Origin: Thraustochytrium aureum
Taxonomy: Eukaryota
NCBI GenBank assembly: GCA_012862495.1
Contig: BLSG01000240.1
Location: forward strand, 35,537 to 95,885
Direction of reading: 5' to 3'
Length of the DNA: 60,349 nt
The notes under the pieces were generated by a model. It was not told where the DNA came from. It ran no database searches and saw only the letters and a list, made by a program, of their open reading frames with translations. Position numbers and translations under genes: made by a program. Shown here piece after piece: positions 34,661-47,300 of this stretch. Every line of letters starts with the position of its first letter. The first letter of the stretch is position 1.

Positions 34661-35391
34661 CGCTTGGCAGCGCGCACCTTGAGGCCAAGGAGACCTTTGC
34701 AGGGGGCGTGCTCGCTAGCAGGCTTGCTGCCGCTTTGCATCGAGGTGCCGCCGCTGGCCGCTCCAATGTTTTCAAAGGTGCGAATCTGCGTCGCACCCGG
34801 CGCTCTGAGCGTCCGCGTGGGCCCGGTTCGCAAAGCGCCTATCGCTTTGCAAGGTCTCCATCCAAAGGGTAGGAAAAAGGCATGCGTAGCAAAACACCAC
34901 CCTTCCATCGCTTGCAAGACCCCTTCCAGCCAGGTGGGGCTGGGCGTCCTCCAGATGAGCCTCGGCCAGGTGCTGGCAACGGCGCTTCATCCGCCCCGAC
35001 TCTGCGGTACTCAACCTTACTTCTCGCCGAGCTCGGCGCTGGGCGACACATTGCGCTCTTATCATCGCGATCCCTGGGCTATTCACGCGCGCGGCGAAGT
35101 CTTCACGCGCTGCAAAGTATCCTCGCCAGGCAGAGCTGCGCACGGGGCGATGATTGAGCCATGCGTCATGTTCTTTCGCGGCATCCCTCACACTGATCCG
35201 GTAGTTCCGTTTCAAAGATATATTTTTTAGCTCGGGTCGGGGCGCTGGAGGTCGAGCTGGCGCAGCGCGCGGGCGCAGCTCGACGGCAGGCCGAAAGGCA
35301 CGCAAGCGTGTCTGCGCCCTGAGCCGAGAGACTATCTTCCCGCGAGGGAGACGGGGGTACAGTCTGGAGGCGGCTTGTCACGCCGGCCAGG

Positions 35392-36225
35392 ATGCCCCCA
35401 AAGAAAGCCAAGAAACGGGGCACCAAGGCCTCCAAGAAAGGCGCAACGACGAGCACCGCGGCTCGAGCGCCGCCAAAGCTGATCGAAACAGATGTCCCGA
35501 ACGACGTAGAGCGGCCAAGATGCAACTGCACGAGCCAAGGACTGTCCAAAAGCAAGTACAAGCCTCACCTGTGCCCGATCGAACGCAAGGTGCAGCATGA
35601 GCTGCTCAGCGACCTGCGCAGCCGGCCGATGCAGACGCCATATCTTGTCAGGGCCCAAGTGCTGCGACGCGTCGAGTCTGCAGAGGCGGTGGCCGACGCG
35701 CTCTGTGGCAAGAGCAGCGAGCTTGGCGAGATGAACTTGGTCCCGAAGACAGCGATGACACGCGCGCGCTGCACGGCTATGCTAGAAAAGTACACGGCGC
35801 TGCTCGAGCGCCAGGACGACCCTCGCGAACTGCGATTTGCTCCGGTATACTCACGCTGCGCAGCCCTGCAAGTGGCGTGCGGACTGATGGCAGAAGCCGC
35901 TGCAAGCGCACAAGTAGCTGTTGAGCTCGACCCGTACCACACGGCAGCATGGTTTCAGCTTGGCATTGCTCTTGCCGCGGTTGATGATCTCGAGGGCGCG
36001 GCTCAGCGACTGCTCGAAGGCTTGAGCCACAACCCAGGAAACCCTCGCCTCGAGCACGTCCTCACGACCCTGCGCCTTCGAACAGCAGATCGACCCATCT
36101 TCACCACAAGCAACAACAACAACAACAACGACAACGATGACGGCGGCGGCGTCAGCGGCGAGACGGTTCCCGCTGCCGGTGCAAATCGCACCGGTGCACA
36201 ACGCGGCGCTGCTCGACAGCGGTAG
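35392..36225 (+). CDS. TPR-repeat protein
   Basis: Starts MPPKKAKK. VYSRCAALQVACGLMAEAAASAQVAVELDPYHTAAWFQLGIALAAVDDLEGAAQRLLEGLSHNPGNPRL has TPR periodicity. (AAC)n poly-Asn near the end. Confidence 0.8.
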   Translation: MPPKKAKKRGTKASKKGATTSTAARAPPKLIETDVPNDVERPRCNCTSQGLSKSKYKPHLCPIERKVQHELLSDLRSRPMQTPYLVRAQVLRRVESAEAVADALCGKSSELGEMNLVPKTAMTRARCTAMLEKYTALLERQDDPRELRFAPVYSRCAALQVACGLMAEAAASAQVAVELDPYHTAAWFQLGIALAAVDDLEGAAQRLLEGLSHNPGNPRLEHVLTTLRLRTADRPIFTTSNNNNNNDNDDGGGVSGETVPAAGANRTGAQRGAARQR

Positions 36226-38415
36226 CGCGCGACTGGCGCTGTCGTTTGAGTTCGCGATGGCGGCCCTCGCGCAAACAAAGAAGAACGCACAGCAGGTAGG
36301 TAGAATCGAGTCCCGGCGCCCGCGACAATCGCGTAGGAAGCGGACCTGCACCTGCGCCTTCTTCTGTTTCAATCAAAAGCCGCGAGTCGAAAGATCAGAA
36401 GGTAGAATGTTGGATCTGCGGCCGCCCTCAAGCACGCGCCTTCCGTGCATGCCGCCCGGGCAACGGTGAGTGAGAGAATCCAGCAAGCAAGCCTCTGCCG
36501 ACGTACCTGCCCATCGCGCAAAACAGACACGCTCTGCTTCGGCCCGAGCCGTGAAGCTGAGCTTCCTGGCCTGAGTAGGCGTTCGCAAAAGTAAGCTCCT
36601 AGAGTAGCGAGAAATAACTCCCCCCTTTTCGCCTCTGCAGGAGAGGGCGCTGTACGATAACCGATGTTGGAGAGACCACCGAGCCTTGCGACCACCGTAC
36701 TAGTAGAGAGTACCTCCAACGTGCGAGGGAGTCGCGATCCCAGGCCGCAACAATCACAACTCGCGATGCTCGCTCACATTGGTGGTCGCACGGACGAGGG
36801 GCAGCGTCCTCTGCGCGCCTTTGCAGGCCGGCCGGCGGGTTTCACCCCCTCGGCCGCCTCGACACAAAATTGCAACTCCAGTTGAGATGGGCAGAGCACA
36901 GCCCTCGCGGGCTCTCGGCTTACGAGCCACGGCCGACGGGCNNNNNNNNNNNNNNNNNNNNNNNNNNNNNNNNNNNNNNNNNNNNNNNNNNNNNNNNNNN
37001 NNNNNNNNNNNNNNNNNNNNNNNNNNNNNNNNNNNNNNNNNNNNNNNNNNNNNNNNNNNNNNNNNNNNNNNNNNNNNNNNNNNNNNNNNNNNNNNNNNNN
37101 NNNNNNNNNNNNNNNNNNNNNNNNNNNNNNNNNNNNNNNNNNNNNNNNNNNNNNNNNNNNNNNNNNNNNNNNNNNNNNNNNNNNNNNNNNNNNNNNNNNN
37201 NNNNNNNNNNNNNAGGGCCAGAGTCACGAAGGTTGGGAGGGGGTTTCGGAACTCGTTGGCGACTTTCTCAACGCGCACCAACCCAACTCATTATTCTCAA
37301 TCTAAGGGAGCCTGAAAGTAAGTACCTGTCCGTGGCGCGCAGCGGATCGCGACGACGCCGCGCCGCAGTCGCCACTGCGTCGCACAGTGTAGCTAGCGGG
37401 TGACCGCACGGGCGCATCGCGTGCGCGAATCGAAGGCTGTGTGCAGGCCGATGGCCAGCGCGGCATCCGGAATTCCGAATCCAACCCGACGAAGCTCTCG
37501 AAGGCTGCCCGACCGGCTGGCTTGCGGTCGAAGGACTGATGAAACAGAAGGCAGGATCGACCCACGAAGCTCAACACCATGAAGCTCAACCACTGGGATG
37601 CTTCTGAGGCCCTGAGGGATAGCGCAAATTGCAAAACGAATCCAAGCGTTTGTTCCAACTCGATGGGTCAAAAACCGCGTGTAAAGGCTTCGTACATGGA
37701 TGGCCCCTTTCCAAGAACGTCGGGCTCCATGAACTTGAAGCGCCCAACATCGAGGCCTGCACTGCGGATCCTCGCGCCCATGGGGAGCACAAAGCGAGGC
37801 TACTAACTGGGCGACGCTGTCGTGCGTGCCGCGACGACGCGCTCGTGCACCCACGATGCCGTGTCACTGCGGAGCGCCTTGTCCGGGCCCGTAGGTGTTG
37901 CATAGAGTGCTCTAGTCTTGTGCTCCGAGTCGGAAGGCTTTCGGGTGATTTGCGCTTCGGGCGATTCGCTCTGCATGTTTTCTGCAGAGTTCTCGACCGA
38001 ACCGCACATCGCCCTAAACGGCGCCACGGGCACGGGGAACGCCGACGCATGCTCTACGAGTAGTTGAATGGTCGTGTCACGTGGGCGGTGAGGAAATCGG
38101 TGATCGCCGACGCCTGCGCTGACTTCCGAAGCGCAACCCCCTCTCGAGGGGGAAGTTGGCTCGCCCGCTTCATGAGGTCTGCTCCTGTGAAAGCGAAACG
38201 CGATGTATGGCAGAGACTCACGCATCTCGTCTCTGGAAGATGGGATACGTAATTTGCACCACCTAATCACCCGAGCAGCAATGGCATGGCCGAGCAGCGC
38301 AGTTCAGGCAGACCCGCAACGCAGTCGAGACATCCGAAGCAGCACCGCAGAGCATCCAAGCGTTCAAGTTCACGCACTTTTGACAGGCACAAGTCACCGT
38401 CCACAACAGCACAAA

Positions 38416-40142
38416 ATGATGAAGCTGATTTGGAGCGTCGGCGCCGCGAGCGCTCTCGGCCTGGCGCAAGGTACGACCATCTACGAGGCGACAGACGGCT
38501 CCACTCTTCGGGCTGCCATCGACGCTGCCCAACTGGCCGGTGTCCTCAACAGCACCACGTCGAACTTCACGGTTTTCGCCCCGTCTGACGAGGCCTTCGA
38601 GAAGATCGAAGGCATCGTGGCCCATCTCCTCACGGACAACGCTTACCAACGCTCCAAGCTTCAGGATGTGCTCAAGGTTCACGTGCTCGCAGGGAGCAAG
38701 CTGTCGACCGACCTTGGCACGACCGAGCCGACTCTGCTCGAAGGCCAGTCCCTCACGCTCGACCTGGGGAGCGACCCGGCGAGCATCACAGCTCCATCAC
38801 CGGCTGTCATCAGCGGCGTCGACACCGAGTTGGCGAACGGCGTCGTGCACAACATTGACGACGTGATTGTGCCCGCCGATTTCGAGACTAGGACTATCGC
38901 CGAGCTGGCGGGAGAGAGCCTCGTTGCCGCGCTTGTGCAGGCGGAGCTCGCGACTCTCTTCTCGCAACCGCAAAACGGCACAGCGTACACCGTTTTCGCT
39001 CCGAGCGACGCTGCCTTCAGCACGCTTCTCAGCGCGCTTGGCCTCTCGCTCGAGGAGGTGCCCAAGGACGTCCTTACGAGCATTTTGACTGCCCATGTCG
39101 TCGGGACCCCGATCCTGAGCGCCAACGTTGCGGACGAGCCCTACATCAACACCCTGGGCGGCCCGCTTGCCGTAACCCAGCTCCAGGCCGCGCTCGACAC
39201 TGATGCTCTCGACATTATGGCGCTCAACGGCATCGTGCACGGCCTGAACAAGGTCTTGCTGCCGACGATTTTCCCACCGTCGCTGGCGACTCAGATCTGT
39301 CCACCCTGGCCACTGCGGTTGGTGCCGCTGACCTTTCAGCCGCGCTCTCGGACACGAACGCGCTTACGGTTTTCGCCCCGACCAACGAGGCTTTCGCCAA
39401 GATCCAGTCCATCGTGGCCCACCTCGTCCTCCCCAACGCTTACAACAAGCAACTCCTCACCACCGTGCTCCTCCACCACGTGGTCGCGGGCAACAAGAAG
39501 TCGACCGATCTGGGCGCAACCGAGACCACGCTTGCAGGCACGGAGATCACCGTCGCGGACGTCAAACTGAACACTGTTGACATCTTCGCCGGTAACGCCA
39601 CTGTGCACAAGGTGAACGACGTCCTCGTTCCTGCTGGAGCCCCGCTCAGCACCATTGCCTCGTTCATTGCCAACTCGCCCGACCACACCACCCTCACATT
39701 GGCTCTCAACGCCGCCAGCTTGGTGCCCACCTTCACCAACCCCGCTGCTGCTGGCAACTCGTGGACCGTGTTCGCGCCCACGGATGCCGCCTTCGCCGCC
39801 GCGCTCAAGCTCACCGGGCTTAGCCTCGCGGAGCTCGCTCAGGATGCCGAGACGCTCCAGACGATCCTCCAGGCCCACGTCGTCAACACTGCGGTCAGCG
39901 AGAATGAGCTGAAGGAAGCCGGCAAAGTCACCACCCTCGGTGGGGAGGAGATCCCGCTGTCGAGCATCTCTGTCTCGTCCGCTGACAATGCCAACCTGAA
40001 CGGGTACGTTCATGTTCTCGATGCTGTCATCGTTCCCCCGAGCCTCGCAAGCCTCATCAAGACCACTGCGCCCACGTCCTCGGCTGCGCGCGTTGCCGCT
40101 GGCGCGACGCTTGTGCTCGCCCTCATTGCGCAGATGTTTTAA
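38416..40142 (+). CDS. Secreted/surface fasciclin with four FAS1 domains and a probable GPI-anchor signal; 1-nt deletion at ~39274
   Basis: Signal peptide MMKLIWSVGAASALGLAQG; four H1 motifs (FTVFAPSDEAF, YTVFAPSDAAF, LTVFAPTNEAF, WTVFAPTDAAF) with matching H2 motifs (NGVVHNIDDVI, NGIVHGLNKVL, NATVHKVNDVL, NGYVHVLDAVI); C-terminus TSSAARVAAGATLVLALIAQMF. Confidence 0.93.
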
Positions 40143-40610
40143 TTCGCACCCGTGTTCGATGCAGCCGTGGCGCGACTTCCACTTNNNNNNNNNNNNNNNN
40201 NNNNNNNNNNNNNNNNNNNNNNNNNNNNNNNNNNNNNNNNNNNNNNNNNNNNNNNNNNNNNNNNNNNNNNNNNNNNNNNNNNNNNNNNNNNNNNNNNNNN
40301 NNNNNNNNNNNNNNNNNNNNNNNNNNNNNNNNNNNNNNNNNNNNNNNNNNNNNNNNNNNNNNNNNNNNNNNNNNNNNNNNNNNNNNNNNNNNNNNNGTTG
40401 GACACAAACTGCTTCTCTCCTCGTTCTGTCAACCCGCCGGCAGCACGCACACGCCGCCCGGCGAACGCGGCTAGCTGGTGTTGGACACACTGCAGACCGG
40501 CCGAATCGATTCGATCGGTCGAGTGGGCGACGACCAACAGGTCCCCCACGTCAGGCGACGGCCTGCAGCAGACCCGCATTATCATCATCAGACTGCCGGA
40601 CCGAGAGTTC

Positions 40611-41228
40611 ATGATGGACGCGACGACGCCCGAAGGTGCAACGATGGCGAACGAGGCTGAACGGCAATTTGGAGCGCCGGAAGCAGCCACGGTGCGCGAC
40701 ATTGAGGATATTGCGCTGCTCAAGGTCGACTCGTTCCTGGACAAGGCCACGCGGTGGTGCACGAGTCGAGAGTCGGCTGTGCAAGGCATGCGCGAGGCGT
40801 ACTCGGTCAAGCAGCCGTGGGCGCTCGCGCAGTGCGGGGTCGTCCGAGACAGCGTTGGCCGAGTCGTCGCAGCGTGCCAGGTCAAGCTGCCCGGCCAGGA
40901 CGGCGACAGCACAATGCCATCGATCGCGCAGCACCGCTGCAAGGCGAAAGAAGCCTACGTTGAGGTGATCTGCGTCAGAGACATTTGTCGCGGTCACGGA
41001 GTGGGCAAGCAACTCTTGGATTGGGCGGACGATCTTGCAATCAGCAACGGCTGTACGCGCATCACGCTTGAGGTAGCCCTGTCGAACAGGGCGCGTGGAT
41101 TGTACGAGCGCCACGGGTATAAGGTAACCAACATGCCCGACTGCGCTGACCGCGCCGTCTCCTGGTTGCTTCTTGGACGCGCCGGATTTGTAACGATGGC
41201 CAAGAAGCTGGGCCAAGCCGGGCCCTGA
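40611..41228 (+). CDS. GNAT family N-acetyltransferase
   Basis: AYVEVICVRDICRGHGVGKQLL (motif A RGxGxG) and ITLEVALSNRARGLYERHGY (motif B). Confidence 0.88.
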   Translation: MMDATTPEGATMANEAERQFGAPEAATVRDIEDIALLKVDSFLDKATRWCTSRESAVQGMREAYSVKQPWALAQCGVVRDSVGRVVAACQVKLPGQDGDSTMPSIAQHRCKAKEAYVEVICVRDICRGHGVGKQLLDWADDLAISNGCTRITLEVALSNRARGLYERHGYKVTNMPDCADRAVSWLLLGRAGFVTMAKKLGQAGP

Positions 41229-41351
41229 CCGGAGCGGACTCTTCAGCAACCCGTTGAAAACTAGATACACATAAACGTCGTTCGCCTCCTTTTTTTCCTT
41301 TTCCCCATGTGCGTGAGCTTTCGAGACAGCGCCTTTGGCACCTGTAAGCGC

Positions 41352-44300
41352 TCATCCGAAGAATGCTTCAAAGTCACTTCGCGTGATCTTGCCTCCGCCC
41401 GCGCTCATCTTGTTCACGAGCGCGTCCACTTGTGCGTGGCCCAGCTCGGGACATAGCAAACCGATTGAGCGTTTCAGATCCGATCGGCGCAGTTCGCCCG
41501 CCTTTCGCTCGTCAAGCCTATTGAAGACGCGGCCAAGGTCGAGAGCACCGCCTCCGACCCGCGCACTGTCTCGGACGGCACGGCGAACGGCCTCTTCGGC
41601 CTGCGTGAGCACTGCGCTCGAGGGAAAAAGCCACGAGGCAATGTCGCTAAACCGGAACCCAGCGTCGTTCGCTCCGCCAGAAATGCGAGCAAACGCGGCA
41701 ACCTGGTTCCTGCACATGCGAAGAAGGAGCGCCTGTAATTCCCACGGATTCTGCAGCTCGTAGCCAAGATCCTTGCACGTCGATTTGATGTCGCGCGCCG
41801 CGACCCTCCCTGCGAGTGCGCGGTCCAAGAACCGGAAACCAGGTCGCGCGTCGCCCTCGGAGCACTTGCTGCGCACGAAACGAGCGAGAGCAGCCTCGAC
41901 GCGCCTACCTGCTTCGGCGGCCTCGCCGTCCGTTTCCAGGTCAACTTGCAGGGCAAGCCGCAAGGTGTCGTTACTGAGCAGCGCAGAGTTGATCTCCTCT
42001 CGATCGAGCACTCCGTCGCCAGAGTTGTCCATAAGCCTGAACAAAACCTCCGCGTCTGCACGGCCTACCCGCAGCCTGCATTCGTTGCGCAACGCCGCGA
42101 GAAGGTCGGCCTCTTTGATCTCGTGCTTTCGGCCCAGCCAACTCGACGCAAGGCCATCCGAAACGGCGAAAGCCTCCTCAATTGCGCTTTCGCGACGGGC
42201 ACCGCCGAGCCCCACGCTCATCCCTGTGACGCGAAGCCCAGCATCGCGCTCCAGCCGAGCATCGCGCTCCAGCCCAGCATCGCACTCCAGCCCAGCTCGT
42301 GCTGCATGCGCGGCCTTGGAGCCTGGCCGCCGTCGGCCTGCGAGCGCGCTTCTCGTCGCGAGAATGAGAGTTGCCAACGTCCCAGTGTAAATCCCTTCGC
42401 TTTGGTCCGCGTTCTCGCCCAGATCCTTGTCGAATTGGCCTTGGCCCAGGACGTGAGCGAAAGCGGCAATTTCCACCTCCCCACCTTCGTTTGGTACACA
42501 GGCGTCCAACGCAGCCTCGAGTTGCCACACCGGGGCTAGAATCCCGACCTGGCGGGCTGCTCGAAGCAGCTGCCCGCGCTGCATGTGCGTGGCCCCTTTC
42601 ACGCAATAGCGCGAAAGTGCATGCACAAGCGAAGGCGAGTCCGGGTTCTTCTTTCGAAACTGCCTATTCACGGCATCCCGATCGAGAAAACCGAGGAGAA
42701 ACTCGGGCCATGAAACGACCCCGTCTCCATTTCTGTCAAACGAAGAGAAAAGCGCCTCCAGCTCAGGCTCGTCCAAGGGCGCGCCGGTACTCAAGAGCGC
42801 GGCTTCGAACTCTGCTTGATCGAGAGACATGCTCTCATTGACGTCAAATTCGCGCATCGTTCGACGCAGGTCGATCTTCGCTTGCAGGAGTTTTAGCATT
42901 GCATTGCGCACCATTGGGCCGCTCCGCTCCAAAGCGCGGACGTGCTTGTCAACTTCTGGCCCCAGCTCGACGCGGCCCAGGGCTTCCGCGGCTGGCTTAC
43001 AAAGCTCTCAAGAGCCGCAAAAGAAACGCGCCCAGAATCCCCGCCTTCCACTTGCTGCATCAANNNNNNNNNNNNNNNNNNNNNNNNNNNNNNNNNNNNN
43101 NNNNNNNNNNNNNNNNNNNNNNNNNNNNNNNNNNNNNNNNNNNNNNNNNNNNNNNNNNNNNNNNNNNNNNNNNNNNNNNNNNNNNNNNNNNNNNNNNNNN
43201 NNNNNNNNNNNNNNNNNNNNNNNNNNNNNNNNNNNNNNNNNNNNNNNNNNNNNNNNNNNNNNNNNNNNNNNNNNNNNNNNNCTCGTCGGACCCGAGGAAG
43301 CCGGTGCGGCTCTGGTCGAAGCGACGCAGCTGCCGCTCTAGCGACGGACCCACTTTGAGCCGCCGAAGGCGCGCTTGCAAGTCTGCGAGAACACGCTCAA
43401 GAGCTCTTGTGGGGCTCCTCTGTGTACGCTCCTGCGGCGACAAGGCGTCCTTCGCCCCTTTGCCCTCGTCTTCGTAGAATGAAACGAACTGCGCAAAGTC
43501 GACGCAGCCCGACCCTTCGGATCAAAGCGGCGCAATACGCGGCGCTCTGCGCTGGCCTCAAGGTGAAAGCCGAGCGCTCGCAGGGCCTTTGCAAAGTCTC
43601 GCGTCCGGACTGTGCCAGCGCGGCCCTTGCCAAGCGCGAAAAAGGCCTCGCGGAGATCGAGACGGCCATTCCCCTTGTCCGCGAGTTTGTGCAAGATTTC
43701 GCGGAGCCTCGCTTCGGCAGCGGCGGCCTCCACGCGCAAGCGGGCGTGGCTGCGAAGCGGCGAAATCGGGGCGGCAGACGCAAACCTTCGGACCTCTTGA
43801 AGCGTCACTCTGCCGTCGCCGTCGCGATCAGCTTCGTCTAAAATCTCGTCCTTCTCCGCAACTGAGAGCGGCACAGGGGCGTGGTCTTGGATGATCTTGT
43901 GGAATTCGCGTCGACTGAGGCCTCCGCGGCCGGACCGGTCGTATTGGTCGAAAACCGCCTCGCCTTCATCCTCGCCGCTGCTGTTGGAGCCATGGTCGCT
44001 GTCCACACCGACGCCGACACGAAGCGACTTTTGCAGACCCTCCTTCAAGACGTCTGCAACAACAGCCCGTTGAGGCGAGCTTGAAGCCGGCTTGGCCTCG
44101 TTTAAAGACTCAAAGATTCGCGTAAAGTCGCGGAAAGAGACCGCCCCGTCGACTTTCATGTCGTCCAGCAGCCCCTCAAGCTCAGAACGGCTAAGCTGCC
44201 CCCAACCCGCTTGCTTGCAGGAGGGCTCCAAACTCCCGTCGGTTCAGCACCTCGTCGCGGTCGCGATCCAATTTCCGAAAAGCTATGCGCAAGTCGTGAA

Positions 44301-47300
44301 CGCCGCCGTTCACCCTGCTCGCCTTCGCAACAAAGGCCCGTATCTTGCTCTTTGCAGCGGCGATGCGCTCGTCGTGCTGCTCCCGGGTCTTGCGGAACCG
44401 GCGCGACGCTTCGCGCGACGAGCCATCATCGTCCCCGCTTGACAATTCCGATGAGCTAGGTGACCAAGCCAACGCTCGACGCGCAGCGGGGCTACGGCTT
44501 TGTAGAGGGGACGGGTTGCGTGGCGATCTTCTGCGCGGGGAGATCCCCTCGCTCTGAGGGCTGCTTTCGCCGCCGCTGAAAAAGTCTCGGGCCGGGCTGG
44601 AGCGGGCCGGGCTGGCGCTTGCCTTCAATCGACTGTGTCGAGAGCGCTCTCTAGGACTTTTGCTTTGCTGGTTTCGGCCTCCCCTGTGCCGCCTCGGGCT
44701 AGCGCTACGTCTCGGACTTGGACTGCGCACGTCGCTCCGTCGCAGCCCCCTTCTATTCCGACGAATCGACCTGTCATCCTCAAACACGACCGCAAAGCGG
44801 TTGCGGCTCCGGCTGCGGCGACGCGACTTGGAAGAGGAAAGCTCGTCTTCCAGCCCGTCGATACCAGGCTCAGAACTGCCAACAAGCGGACGGATCGCGT
44901 CTAAAAACTCTAGAAAGCGGACTTGGCCATCTCCGTCCTTGTCGAATCGCCGCTGGAGCTCCAGTACGTCCTCTCCTGACAATCCCTCCAGGTGGGCATG
45001 CAAGACCCGGGAGAACGTTTTCGCGGACACGACGTAGAGGACCTCGTCCGAAAGCGCTTCGCCCTCGCCCCTCTTTTCGGACATAAAGGCGCGCCACAGT
45101 GTGTCGAGCACCCGCGGTTCGTCAAGCGCGCGCTTGAGTCGGTCTCCAATCTGCTCGTTTGCGGTCGGGGCCTCAGCGCGCTTGGCTCCTCGTGGCTGTG
45201 CTCGAGCCCCCCGCACAATCGCAGAGTCGAGCGCGCGAGAGACCCTTGCCGTTTCCAGGTCTGGAACTGAGGCGGCCAAAACGCGGTCGATTGGAGGCGG
45301 AATACCTGTCTCTTGACAATGCGTCCAAATGAACCGCTCGAGCTCCCGGTTCCTTTCTACGGCAGTGCTGTAGCCGTGCTTGAGATCCTCGACTTGCTCG
45401 AAGAACTCTGCGTCAAAAGCCCGCAGCTCGGACTTGAGGAGCTTGTTTTCTTTCGCAACCTCCGTAGCCTCTTCGGCAGCGGCCTGCGCCCCGCTGGCGG
45501 CCGGAAAGACAAAGTTCAAGAACGCATCAAAGTTGATCGTCGTGCCCAACGCAGCCTCCACTGGGTCTGCCGCGCTGGTGCCAGCGAGCGCTGGGCATTG
45601 AAATCGCTCTGCTGCCCACCTCAGCGAGCCGTCGTCGGAAACAAACTCGGAGAGGAGCGCGACAAAGCGCTCGGCAGACAACGTGGCCCCCTCATCTGGC
45701 GAGAGCTGCGCGAGGCGAGCGAGGCGAGACCTTGATGTTGCTCGACGAAGCGCAGCCGCGAGACGCCGACCCCTGCGGGACTCGCTGTAACTACCGCTCA
45801 TCGCGCGCCCAGCTGTTCCTCGGCGGTACCCTTTGCGAGTCTTGCTTCAGGTGGGTATTTGCCCTTCTACTGAAATCAAACGAGGCATTGAGTTGGCCTT
45901 GCGACACACCTCGACCCCATTTGTGCCTGGGTTTGCGCTGCTCACTGCTTGACAGCGTTGTCGACGAGTCCAGCGACGAGCGGGACTCGGACGCACTCAG
46001 TTCTGACGCGACGACGACGACGACGACGACGAGGCCGAGCTCGATCCGCAAACTTCGCAAAGTGCCTCAACAAAAGCCCTTATAGTCGACGCGGTTGTAC
46101 CGCTCAGAGAAACGGTCCACAATCACTTGGACGACTGGTTCGCTTGCAGCGAAACCAAGACCGTGCATCGCTTTCGAAAAGGCAAAGCGCGNNNNNNNNN
46201 NNNNNNNNNNNNNNNNNNNNNNNNNNNNNNNNNNNNNNNNNNNNNNNNNNNNNNNNNNNNNNNNNNNNNNNNNNNNNNNNNNNNNNNNNNNNNNNNNNNN
46301 NNNNNNNNNNNNNNNNNNNNNNNNNNNNNNNNNNNNNNNNNNNNNNNNNNNNNNNNNNNNNGTCGGGAAGTCCTCCTTGGCGCCCTTTGGCCAGATCGCG
46401 CGAACAACTTCGTTTGGAAGAAAAAGAGCATCTTGCTCGTCAATGAACGGGGCGCCGAGATCGTCGTCCAAGGCGGCGTGATCCTCCAGCGCCTTGAAGA
46501 GCTGAGTGGAGCTCCAGCCGCTCCCTTCGAGACCTAGAGTGGCGTCGAGAACTTTGTGCAGGTCTCTGTAGAGAACGGCCCCGCCACGGCGACGCTTCAA
46601 TTTGTCGAACCGCCGGCAAACTGAGACCCTGCTTCCTGGCACAGAGATTGCCAGGGGCGCAGCGCGGCGAGGTCTCGCCCCTTGGGTCGGCCAGGACTGG
46701 ACGGCCGCTCTGAACCTAGCACTTCGGCGGCGCGCTGCTCTCCTGGTGCAGCCAGCCCGGCAGCGAGTGCCGGGTCTGCCGACTTTTGGACTGCCCGAGA
46801 CGTCACGGCCGAAGCTGGGAGTGTGCTCATGTACTTGACAAGGTCAGCGTAAGCGATCCTGCCGTCGGTGCCGAGCGCGGCAGCCAGCCGTTTGGTCAAG
46901 TAGTTGATTTGCCTTCGCGTGGCCTTCACCTTGGCGTTCTCCAGAACGTTGGCGAACTGGGCGCAGGAGAGCGAGCCGTTTCCGTCATTGTCGTGGGAGA
47001 AGAACAGTCGGCGGAGCGTCCACGCGTCCACAGAAAGCATGATCTTGCGAAGATGCTCATCCTGGACCCGCACGACAATTTCATCTTCCTCACTTCCGTC
47101 CACATCGCTCCAGGGACCCTCCGTCTCGCCTCCCAAGCGACCATCATCCCGGCCCCGACGTCCAGTGCGGGCGTCTCTCTTGCGAATGACGCGCTTGACG
47201 ACCTGCGCGACGTCGATGCGGCCTGTGCCCGCAAAGTCTGCTTGGTCGATAAAGGCCTGGACCTCCTCACCAGTGGCGTTCGCTGCCACAGCGGGAATCT

